NCBI GenBank assembly: GCA_905178155.1
Contig: CAJINV010000003.1
Location: 9,183,979-9,247,978 of the forward strand
Direction: 5' to 3'
Length of the DNA: 64,000 bases
From: Amoebophrya sp. A120
Taxonomy: Eukaryota; Protista; Dinoflagellata
Within the stretch, counting starts at the first letter, position 1, and the number at the start of each line of letters is the position of its first letter. Positions 52,656 to 64,000 of this stretch are shown in pieces. A program made the position numbers and the translations under genes. The notes beneath the pieces are model-generated. The model was given only the letters and a program-made list of their open reading frames with translations. It was not told the origin of the DNA and did not search any database.

Positions 52656-53654
52656 TCTAAGAAGCAATCCCCGCGGCGCAAGGAAGCTTTTGTTTTTTTG
52701 CAGTACGTCGCTACAGGTACAGATGATTTTACGCGTACTGGATGTACGTTGTCCAGTACATTATCTTTGCATGTGATTCGTGCTCGTTCTGCTAAAAAAG
52801 CGCGCAAGCACTAGACCAATCATCATCAGACCAAAGTTGCGACTTTGTCCTGTTCAACTTCGCATGCATGACGATGGTTTCAGGACCTGCGCCTGACTAT
52901 CATATTCAACATACGAAAACGAAAACGAACAGGAAGACGATTTGGACACCCAGTGTTCTATTCAAAACTTCCCTACGCCTGTGTCGATCATGAATTATGA
53001 TCGGACAAAAAAAACAACGCCGGCGCTGATCCCCAGCAAGCAAATAAGATCGCCAATGAAGGAAATTCCGTGGAAAAGTAAGGCAAAAAGTGGAGTACAT
53101 TGATCTTCGCAAAGTGAACAAGTTCTTGCTTTTGACAACACCATCCAAAGTTTTTTTCGAAGAGCGTCAAGTGATCAGTGAGACGGACCGGGCAGAACAT
53201 ACTTGCAGAACAAGATCAAAATAATGCACGCATTTTTGTTCCTGAAGATTCGTATTCGTTGGTTCCACAAAAGCCGCCACCGACACATGACCACGATCCA
53301 TCTTTGCACGCTTCGATCAGGAGCAGATTACACACCTTCCACCTGGAACACATCATCGAGAAGACGAGGAGAAGCTCTAGCGTCAGGATTTTTCCTACTC
53401 ATGGCAAAAAGTACGCTTCACTTTTTCCGCACTAAGGCTTGCAAATGTACGGGTTCGAATTTGCCAGCTAGGGCCAGTTATGGGTAGAAAGTTAGATTCT
53501 AAACCCGTAAACCGTGCAAAACCCTTTCTAAACGCAGATTGGCGTTGTGCTCCGTGGGCAGCCGGTAAAACACGATACCACTAGCACCATCACTTCTTCC
53601 CGTCTTAGAATTGGGAACAGCAGACGACTGTGCTTGCGTATACGCGCTTTAAGC

Positions 53655-56600
53655 CTAAATTTTCCAGCTCTCGGTCTCTTCTTCTTCCGAGACAGCTATG
53701 AAGGGCCGTACGACAGCGTCGATCATTTGGTAACCGCAGCTGGGACAGTCCTCTTGTGTCTTCAAACCGAGTTTCTCGGCACACTCCAAGTGAAAGGCGT
53801 GGCCACACAAGAAACAGACGAACTTCTGCTCGAGGATGCTTCCCCCGCACAATTCGCACACGGCGTCCAGCCGGAGTTCGATGGTCCGCTCAGAAACATA
53901 CAGCTATCAAAATGAAAAGCTCCGGCCCTTGAGGGAGAAGTCGTGCACTCCTTGAGGGGAAAACAAATGCGCCGCGTTTTGATTAGGCCAGCCTGTGAAT
54001 CTTCATATCGGTGCTAAGTTCGCATGAGATGAAGCATCAGCGTCTACTGATGGATTTCCATTTATTCTGGGAGTGCATTTGCAGGAACAATTCTTTTCAT
54101 CATGATAGCTGCAAATCTTTCTTCAGAACCTGCGCGGCTTTACGATGCTCTCGCATCTCGGTTCGCAGCTCATCGATGGAACGCTCGCAGTTTTCCAGGT
54201 ACTGTGCGATCTCCTCCTGAAAGCCAGACACCACCAGAGGCTCCGGAACGAACGGCAAAAGGTCTCGAATGGTCACCAGATGTCCACTATGCTTGTGAAA
54301 AAAAAAGAATAAGAAACGACCTCGTGCCCACCGGAAAATATTCGGGCAACGTCGCTAAGCGTGGTAAATACGACTATGCGGTTACATTCTGCCGCACTTA
54401 CTTTCGCGACGTGCTATCATGAACAACAACAAAAGTTGTCGGAGTCAGGGCTAGCGAGTCATGACATAGGAAACTCAAAAAACAGTACCGTCGGACGTTG
54501 ACTCTTCAAATTAATACAGGAGCAGCTTTTTGATTTTGACAAGAACTTGAACAAAGCATGACAAAGAGGCGCTTCAACAGCTTCAGCTCGTACTACGCCA
54601 TACCTGCCATGTAAAGTCATTTATTTGCGCATCCATGAGGCGCCGTTGAGTTGTTGGGGAGGCGTGTTTCAATTTCAATTAACACAGGATACCCGTGAGA
54701 GCTCAGGAGGCTGCGGAAGGTGCTCAGCTGTTCTACGGGAGGCAGGGAAGCAACCCGATCCGCCTCGTACTCGACAACCTGCAAAAACAGTCGCATCATA
54801 TGAAAGACTCCATCCAACACAGTTAAAGGAAAAGACCTAGATCTGTTCGACGGCGCGAACAGCCTGTAGTCTCGGACGGCACGATGAAAGCGAGAGCCTG
54901 ATAAATTGGCCTGTATTCAAAGACGAGTCGCGCATGCTCAGTAGCTAGATTGGTACTAACGTACTTCCTCAGGATTGGGATTCGCCTGTTGTGCTGGCGT
55001 TCGTGGGTCCTGATGGAGAAATGACAAGACGATTGACGTACAGGATGCTTTCTGTACACTTACTGCACAAGTGGTCGAACAAATCGATGCAAGACAAACT
55101 GCTTTTCTGTATCCATCGTGATGGTGGTATAGAAGCTTGAGTCATTCTGATAAGCCGCGTTCGTTCCTCTGGGTGCGCAGGCCTCGCAGCGTGCTCTTTT
55201 GCTAGTTCTACGTTTCCGCTCGCCAAAGCCGCCTCGACAGCCTCCTCGTGATGTCCCAGCATCGCAAAAAGCAACACCTGTGCGGTCTGGTGGATTGCTT
55301 TCCGGTCGCGAAGATGATCCGCTTGCGCTGTTGTAGCACTGTTTACTACGATAGAGCGCGCTCCTGCAATTTCGGCCTTGTGGTCAGGAGACCAGTTTCC
55401 TCCTGTCTCGTCCAGGCTGATACTTTCGTCTGACAGAACGCGTAGAGCAAAAATGAGATCCAGGCTCCGTGCCACGTCGTCACTCTGAAGAAAGCGCAAA
55501 AGAATGTCGCCTTCCCACTGGCGCGCGTAAAATACGAACAGCAGCTTCAAGTACTCTCCGCGCTCGAGGTCCGACATCTCCAACTTGCGGAGTGCAAATT
55601 CCAGGTACCGGATCGCTTCATGTGCGTGTGGTGTTTTTGTCGTGGGCCCCCCGCCTGTTCAACAATCGAATCAAGTCGCAGCATGTTGCTGCTGCACATT
55701 TTTCGTATTCTAGTTTTTTTTAAATATCTACGCATCAGACACTAATCACGAAAATTGCTTTTTGACTTCGTCCAAGTCAGTTGAGTCGGATGTGGTGGCG
55801 CGCCTTGTAGTTACTTATTCCACTCGTTTCGAAAATGGAGGCTTGCTCGTGGCATCTTGATTCGTCATGATCTGCATCTGCAAATACGAGCTGAGCTGAG
55901 CGATTACTTTGTATGTGCGAGACGTGATTAATGCAGCGAAGTGAACTTCAAATTGCAGCGATCCTGATCTCGCAAAGACAGAACAAACAGAAACAACAGC
56001 AACAAGTAAACTGATACGTATGTAAGTGATTTTCCTATAGGAACGCAGTCTGTAAAAGGGCAAAAAGTTGAAAAACTCAATCGCATAATCACACACGATA
56101 AGATCCAATTCGCAAGTAGCTGCGTGCCCCCTCGTCAAGGCCTGCACGCTCAAAATTCCAACTCAAGCTTAATGGCGCTCGACGCACCCTTTCCATGCAG
56201 AAGTTGCAGGGGAAAAGCGAGGTAGGGTGAGTGCAACGCAAAATGTAAATGAAAATATCGAAAGCGATATATAGGAGGAGTCTTTCCCAGAAAGCGCACG
56301 GAATGGAACGGGGTAGACAGTCAAAACAATCAGAGCTATGCTACTTAATTTGAAAAAAAAGGACCTGCAGTGTCGTCCGGTGTGGGCGAGTCCCGATACG
56401 CGTACGACGCCAAGAGACCGAGACTCAGTTCGACATTGGCCCCATTAGATTCATTCACTGCAAACATCTCACTGCTCGTGAAAAGGAAAAGGAAAACGCA
56501 AGCGCGAGATTCTCTTCCATGCATCATCTGCCCGCCTAAAATCATCTGCGTTGGTTGCTTCACATGGCCGTGCAGCACTGTACTTGAGTATATCAGGCAA

Positions 56601-59600
56601 GGCGACTAAATATTTTGAGCGACGAGCACAGCGCAAAAAAACCCCGGGTACCTCCTCCCTAACCTGAGCTGCCTGCTCCAAAACTTCGAGGACGTACCCC
56701 CCCCCCCCACATTCCGCCGCCTCTCCAACCGCGACCACCTCCGTTCCGACCCAAACCCACGTCTCCAGGCTCCAAACTCCTCTTCCACACGTCGGATCAC
56801 CTCTTCCACAATCCACACCACCTGCCTGCCAATCGAAGCAACCTCCTTAACAGGAGCCTCAACCGACTTCTCCCCGGCCCAGGCAACCTCGTCTCCCGCA
56901 CCTCGACCTCCGCAGCCACAACGCCCACTCTCCGGAGCAGCTCCCCTCCTCTGCAGGTCCACGCGCGGCCACCCCCCCACCATACCCAAAGGCAAGCTCT
57001 AGACAGAAGAGAAGGTGGTGGTCTGCAGGTTGGAGAAGGAAGTCCGGTTTGACTTTTTTAGGCATGATCATACATGGCCCCGGCGTTCCAACAGCTGATC
57101 TCGATGCTTTCTTTGGGCTGCTTTGGAAACATACAGGTTCAGATTGCTGGAACCTCGGCCGAGCATCCATGTGACAAATGCAAATCGAAATCTAACGAGC
57201 GACAGAATCTGCGTTTTCGTCCACCTTCGTGTTTGTTCCAGGTATCATGTAACCTTGACATGTTTGCAGATCATAAAATTCAGGTTTTCGCAACAGTGAC
57301 ACAAGCTCGACAGGCGCTGCTTCAAAGAGTATGGGAGCGTACTGGCCGAGAATCTGCACAGCGGCCTCCTCCGACTCTTCAACCAAGACCCGTTCGATGC
57401 ATTCTAGGAGTTCCGGGTACTCTCGCCGAGCGACGTAGTGTCGTGCGAGCATCGCGAAATCGCGGAGGCGCCAGGCGAAATACAGAAATTCATCGGTGCA
57501 GTCGTAGCTTAGAAGCAGTTGGTACACCGTGGCGGCACAGTCCAACCGCGCTGCCTGATTCAGAAAAAATAACAGCAAATTTCGGGCGGGGACAAATACC
57601 AAATATAGCCGCCGGGGCGGGGGTAGTGAGGTCGTGGGCGTTTTTTTGCCGACCGCCGCCTTGGCCGCGGCTTTGCTTTTTATGGGCTCGCCATACCACC
57701 GCGCGTAACGTTATGCCGCACGGTATGGCGCCCACTTGGGAAACGTCGCAAATTTTGGCACATTTCCAAAATTCCTTTCCGAAAGCCAGCCCCGATGCTA
57801 TGGGGCCGATCCGGGTGCCACGGGGGGCGCCCAAAAAGCGAAGAAAAACCGGGCCCATAGCATGCGGATTGGCTTTGCGCGTCTGGGGCGCTTTTTATTT
57901 TTCGCGTTTTTATTTTTCACGCCGGCGCTTTTTGCAAAGCTTCCCAGGCTCTAAAACCGGCGAAAAGGCGGCCGCTTTCGCGACCGCCCAAAATGCTCCG
58001 AAATCGCGGCCGTGCCATGCTGTTTCGCTGTTCTGATTTTGGGCGCGTTTTTTGCGCGCCCCTTTTTGGGCGCCCCAAATCGCCAGAAACCAAGGCGGCG
58101 GGCGCCTCAGAAGGGCGCCCCTTTTGCCGGCTCCCCTGCGTCGTTTTATCAAGCGGGAATCGATAGTTTTCGACCGGGCTTGTTTGTTGGCAAAGCTCCG
58201 GCCGCTTGATAATTGCCAATCTTTTTCGTCAAAAAACACTCCCGCCCGCTTGAAAACTGCCGGTCGTTTTTCAGGGGAGATGGCAAAAAAACTCCCCGGT
58301 TAGAACCGTTCGGTGACCTCACTACATACAACCTCCTCGAGCTTTGCGCCGTCACTTGTTCTCGACGAAGCCGCAGGCTGCTGGCCGCCGCATGAGCCAG
58401 CTTCTCTGCCCGCTTGCGCGTCGTGCCCACAAAGAATGTTCAAGCAGAATTCGATACCCCAGACGCCGAGGAGGACCATCTGAGTCTGGGGCTCGGGTGT
58501 CCCCTTGGCTAAGTTCTGCATCTTCAATTTCAAATAGTCCAGCAGAGCGAGCGCAACAACAGCAGCGGAAGCTGGGGAGGACATGCTCGCCACATGCTGC
58601 CCGTCATAGACCCGAACGGACTCTGACTGCACCCGGTCACTGGTGGGGTGGCGCTGGTGTTGAGCTTCCTTCTGCCGACCGTCTGTGGCAGTTCCCGTTT
58701 TCCCCCGCAGACGGGCCACCGAAGAGCTCACGGCCCCGAGCCTGGCCCCCTTGGGGGAGGATCGCATGCACTCGAGAAACGCCAAACAGATTGACTCGAA
58801 GCTGCGGATCCAGGATGGCAGTTGGCTGAAAAAGATCGCAGCGCGGCCGTAGTCGCCTTCCCGGAACAAAGCCTCCGCGTGGCTCTCGATCACAAAAAAC
58901 TTGTTCTGCCCGTCACAGAGTTTCAGAGCATTGGAGAAGTCCTGCTTCTTCAGCAGTAGCCGCCAGACGTTGGCCTTTTCCTGATTTACCGTGACATCGT
59001 ACACAAAGGCGTCGCATACCAGCAAAATCTGCCCGCTAAACTGGTCCGCTCGGGGAAGGTCGCACAGAAGTTTGCCCGTCCGGAACACGCTCACCAACTC
59101 GCCGTACCGCGTAACTGGCAGGCTTTCGGCATAGACCACCTCGGCGGTAACGCGAGAAAACAGCACCAGGCTGCGAGCCGGCTCCCCGAACAGTACCAGA
59201 AAATGGTACTCGGTGCTGGCAAAACCCAGTAATTTGCTCGATGGCATGCTCGCTCCGAGTGAACTCACAACACCCTCAGTGTCAACCTACACAAGTAAGT
59301 TGGGATTTTCAGAACAAGGAGAACAGTACGACCACTACGACAACTCCATGATGCTGCAAACTACCTGCACCCAACAGAAGTTACTCCACCGAATTGAGCC
59401 TATCAGCAACATTGGAAATACCAGGGCGCTCCCCGGGAGCGTGCTGGAGGAAATCGTGGTCGGGCCCGCGTAAGGAATGACAACGTGGGTAGTGGGGTCC
59501 TCTATCCGGAGTACTACCAGTCCAAATGTCGTCACCCACGCCATGGAATCTTGTAAGTACAGGGCAGATTGCTGTTCGTTTTTGATTTCATATAATTTAC

Positions 59601-61268
59601 GTTCTTTATTCTCTTCAAAAATTCAAGCCATACTAAGGCGCCCTTCACGTTCCGTCAAACAAGCCCGCAACCCAACGGGGCCGACACCCCATTGCTCGTG
59701 ACTACTACGGTAGCATCAATCTACTTAAGTTGATGAACAACTCCTCGCTACCAGTTCATGATTGAAATTAGTAGACAGCAAAAAAACTAAAAAGACACAC
59801 TTCGGTACCGCAGGCGTATTAGCACTTGCCACCGCAGCCGCCCCGCCCTCCCTCGAAGCCAGAACCGAAGCAGGCAAATGATGCACGCGGCTGTACGAAG
59901 TCGCTGCCGGCACTTCCTTGGCGGTTTTTTCGACAGAATCGAAGAAGTTGACAAAATATCGGTCAAAGTTGCGCACGAAGCTTTTGTCTAGGAACAGAGG
60001 AGTCGGGTTATTGTAGACGAGCAGCCGCTTCTGAGTGGCGAGCCACAAGGTGTAGCGCACGACGCTCACGGTATTGCTCTGGTCGCCGGAAGCGCTGCTG
60101 GCTTGACGCTGGGGACTGAGGGTGTGCATCACACGAAGATCCGTGATGGGTTTGCGCACATCTTCGGAAGCTTGCCGCACTTGGACGATGTTGAAGTCGT
60201 GAAAGTTGGACACGAGGTACAGTGCGCCCGACTCGAGTCCGACAAACGCGTGGCAAGAAGAAATCTCTGTGCTCCCGGCGAACGGGACATCGCACCATCC
60301 CACAGCAGTGACCGACAGCTTGCGCAGGCCTTTGACCTCATTTAAGATCACGGCCGGTGTTGACGAAGAGGCACCCTCATTCACCGCCGAAGAACCACCG
60401 GTGGCGCCGCGTCTGGTGCTGCCCACACCCACATAGTAATGGTGAAGCTGCTCCGTTTGCACGAGGCAGTGACGGTGGCAGTCGCTGGGGAAGAGACGGC
60501 GAATAACGTCATTGTTACCACCCCCGCCACGGCCTCCCCCATCCCCGGGCGCCTGCGCTACAATCTTGTTGGTGTTCGGATCGCGCCACTGCAGCACTTC
60601 CAGTGGTTCCCCCGGGCCGCTGCACCTGAAGATCTGTTCGCCGAAGGATACCACGAACCCGTTCTCCAATGGTGCTACCGCGTGCACTATCAAATGTAAA
60701 AATGTCTGGGTCTGGAAGAATGCAAGACTTGTCATGCATATTTCTCATGACCCCTGATGCCTGTAATGCATGACCTAGCATCACAGACCTTTAGAGGGCT
60801 TCCTGATGCGCCTTCCGCATGAGAAATGCCCTCTCCGCGTAGCACAGGCTGGACCTTTCTTGCTGGTCATGCAACACTAATTTTTTTAGAATCCAAAAAC
60901 AGCATCACAAGTTGCATTCTTCCAGACCCAGACATTTTTACGTTTGATATGCACCCGCTTGCCACGACTGCTGAGGTCGGGCGAGATATCAAATGTAAAA
61001 ATGTCTGGGTCTGGAAGAATTCATGTTTGTCATGCTTGTCTGGCATGACTCTTAAATCTGTCATACACGTTGCCCAAGAGCTCCGTTTTTCTGTGATGCA
61101 GAAGCGCAGTTTGTCATGCAGAATAGGCAACACCTAGAAGCTCAGAGACTTGTCATGCTGAGCCAGCATTTGAAGTCTCATCATGAGACGCCACCCAGCA
61201 TCACAAGTTTCCAGACCCAGACATTTTTACTTTTGATACGAGAGTCGTAGGGACAATGAGGGCGCCAT
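53655..61268 (-). CDS. VPS18: Vacuolar protein sorting 18 (Pep3/Vps18) homolog, multi-exon
   Basis: TEYHFLVL, EKANVWRLLLKKQDFSNAL, SFESICLAF, AIRYLEF, C-terminal RING-H2 CELC...CGHAFHLEC...CPSCG..IDAVVRPFI...SW. Confidence 0.85.
60688..60949. mobile_element. Introner family A copy 5 (262 bp), inverted relative to copies 1-4, TSD TGCAC
   Basis: Family A TIRs; interior ccgcatgagaaatgccctctccgcgtagca is the reverse complement of copy 1; removal gives GKRVH-AVAPL. Confidence 0.95.
60987..61238. mobile_element. Introner family A copy 6 (252 bp, divergent interior), TSD CGAGA
   Basis: Family A TIRs; removal gives MAPSLSLRLS-PDLSSRG. Confidence 0.92.
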
Positions 61269-63560
61269 CCTCGGACAAAAAGGTTCTGCAGTCAATTTGA
61301 TCCATGATCTAGGACGAACGGACCGCGAGATTCATCACCCGGCGGCGCCTACTTTTTCCGCCCGGAACGCACACCAATAAACCATGATCAGTTAGAAGGA
61401 TTGGCTCCCACCTCCTGCGCTCAATCCTCATGCTGTGTGAAGATCGTCTTCGTCGCTGTGCCACATTCATGGTTTCTTACGATTCGAATCAAAAGTATGA
61501 TTTCAAAAACTTCTTGAAGAGATCAGGCAGGATAACACTAGTTGAGGTGGTTGCAGAAATCCAAATTTCAAAAACTTGTCAGCTGTCGCAAGCTCAGTAG
61601 ACTTCCGAGGTTCAGAAGTGTCAAAAATCTAGCTGGCACTTTACAAATTCAGACTTTCCGTATGCAAGCTGCGAATTCTGACACCGCCAAGACGTCGCAC
61701 CAAGTTTACAACAACTTTCGTGGCTTAGCGTTCCAACTGTCCGTAGCAAAACTGCAAAATTTGCAGTTCTTTTTTCCACCAGGCCAATATTAAAATATTC
61801 CAGCAGTACATTATCTGAATGCCGGACCATCCGATTGCAATTTCAGACGTCCATATCAGACGCCGAAGCTCCATGCATTCCGACCTCACGGTGTGCAACA
61901 AAGTTCTTGGCGCGTCTAAGTCATGTCACTATTCAGACCCCCGCAATGCCAGCGCTTCAGTCGCCCGGTTCGAGGGCTTCAAGCTTGAAATAGGTCGGCG
62001 CCGGGTAGGGCGCGCCGGGAGGGGGCTCGAGGGCGGCGTGGGCGCCCGGGACAATTCGAAATCACAGACACGCCATCGCCAGAATGCAAAAGCGACACAC
62101 TACAGAGCAACGCACAAGGTGCGCTGCCATACGGTATCACACGGTCCAGCGCACCCTAGTGCTCCAGGGAACACGTGGGAAGTGCGCTTCTCTCCGCCCG
62201 TCCTCGTGAGGAGCTGACTAATTAGGACGAGGCGTGTGCTGGTCCAAAAGCCCATTTTGTGCATTTTGTCGCGCCTCCTCCACCTAGTGGGTAGAGAGGG
62301 GGGCTGATGAATGTTCGCGCTTTCTAAGTGCTATTCTTAGCATCTAGATGCGCTTGCGCATGACATTTAAAGCTTCGAAATACCGAAATCGAACCTACGT
62401 ACAGGCAACGGTGGCTTTGCTCATGTACCAGCAACTACACATGCACCGTCAAAACTAAGCTGCTTTCATTGTCACGCAACATGGCGAATCATCCACAAAG
62501 TCCTGCTGAGGCCTTGTTATTCATCTAGCCAAGATCATATCGCATACAGTCAAAAATTGATCCTGATGCTGCACGGGACAGATCTATCATGATGTCACCA
62601 AAGCACGATGGAACCATATTACACAGGATCCTGGTCGTTGATCTTTGAGATTTGCGTGAAGTACTAACTACATCGCGACGTGGCAGGATCTAGTAGTGTG
62701 CTGGCAGTAGTGCTTCATGGTGCTTCTATGGAGTCAGTATGTAGTACTAGCATTCGTAGTCTACTCGCAGGCTGAAAAAACGTCTCCCGCGATGTATTTG
62801 CGTTGACGCTTGTGCTTCCTCCGCCAGGCAAAACAGAGTAGAAAGATGGACGACGGGGGAAGAGTGAGCCGAGGAGCAACCGAGAAGGTCAAACTACAGC
62901 AGAGAACGATCCGCGCCTACCATCGCACCAACCTCATCAATACGACCCGAACTTTTTGCCAAAACCAGAAACGTGCCTGGTCCTACCAGCTACGGCTATG
63001 CATCATGGCTGCACAGCCGAGCCCTTCCCTTTTCCACTTCCTCATGCCCTCAATATATAATGCGCGAGCCACCTTGGAGTTAGATTATCGCAAGGGAAAC
63101 ATTAGCGCCCGCTGTTCATCTAACTGTTGCAATAAAACGCGCGATCGGTGTGTAGGTCCGCTTCTTCACGCTAAAAAACCGCATACCCAAAAAATGCCCG
63201 AACCTCACCTCGCGAGACCCTACAGAGAAGACACGAAGATAGAGAGGTCAGCGGGAAACCAGGACGGAGGTTAACGAGCACTACGTACATTGACTCACGT
63301 CATGCCGTCAAACGGGAGCCGCGGGCTTACATCTCTTTCGCGACCTCGAAAGCTACAAGCATCATAGCTGTCCTATGTATCTATAAAGCTATCAAATCCG
63401 AGGCATCTGCAACTTCCTTAGTGCGATGTTTTGGCGCAACCCTTACGGCGCCGCTGCAAAAATACCGACTCCAACGATTTGGGTGACAACAGATTGAAAA
63501 CTCCAGCCTATCCCAAAGAAAAAAGCCGGCAGGTCAGAAAAAAAATAATTAAATAATAAT

Positions 63561-64000
63561 TGTTATTGTGAACAATAAAAGCAAAACGAAACAACAGAAA
63601 AAATTGCCGCCATACCATGCGGATTAGCTTCAGAGCAGATCAGCAATCCGCGCGAATCCAGGTGGGACTGTTATTGACAACAATAAAAGCAAAACAAAAC
63701 AACAAGAACAAATTGCCGCCATACCATGCGGATCAGCTTCAGGACAGATCAGCAATCCGCGCGAATCAGGGCGGGACGGTGATCGCCTGCGTTTTTTATT
63801 TTTGTGACGAATTTCGCCCATTCGCGCCATACCGTGCGGGCTGGGCTTCGTAGGGGGTTGCCGGCTTCGCCAATCCGCACGGCACGGCGCCCGCAGTCGG
63901 TTTTGCGGCTTTTTCCAGATTTTTTATGTTCGCGCCATAGCGCGCGGGCTGGCTTTCTGGCGAAGCTGCCGGCTTCGCGAATCCGCACGGCGCGGCGGTC
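63561..64000 (+). repeat. Degenerate 108-109 bp tandem array, at least 4 units, runs off the window
   Basis: GCCATA anchor at 63609, 63718, 63826, 63934; units 1 and 2 nearly identical; units 3 and 4 share gccggcttcgc.aatccgcacggc. Confidence 0.8.

Noticed and set aside
57074-58036. 320-aa plus-strand ORF
   Set aside because: Antisense to a VPS18 exon plus a GC-rich intron; no domain features
61300-63500. Possible genes or eroded elements upstream of VPS18, and at 20.8-21.6 kb and 46.7-48.4 kb
   Set aside because: Only short ORFs and weak inverted matches; nothing supportable without expression data

Overview
Eukaryotic, intron-rich genomic DNA (no prokaryotic features). By inference it is an alveolate, resembling the syndinian dinoflagellate parasite Amoebophrya. 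About eight multi-exon genes all lie on the minus strand: ATP-type PEP carboxykinase, a giant two-domain PPi-type phosphofructokinase-like protein with degenerate catalytic motifs, a GT61-like glycosyltransferase, a large protein with a hevein chitin-binding domain, a Ser/Thr kinase, a PAN/SAM-methyltransferase-like protein, a DBP2/DDX5-like DEAD-box helicase and VPS18. The main signal is about 19 short (149-375 bp) inserts with terminal inverted repeats, most of them interrupting coding exons. The clear copies have TAT[C/G]...[C/G]ATA ends and a 5-bp target-site duplication of variable sequence. None of those clear copies offers GT-AG/GC-AG in any register, and removing element plus one duplication restores the reading frame wherever I could test it. 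Members of one family occur in both orientations, even within one gene, beside ordinary GT-AG introns. Also present: a 1.27-kb MITE-like element whose TIRs each hold a perfect 44-bp palindrome, and a degenerate 108-bp tandem array at the right edge. Gene models were assembled by eye, so some exon boundaries are approximate.
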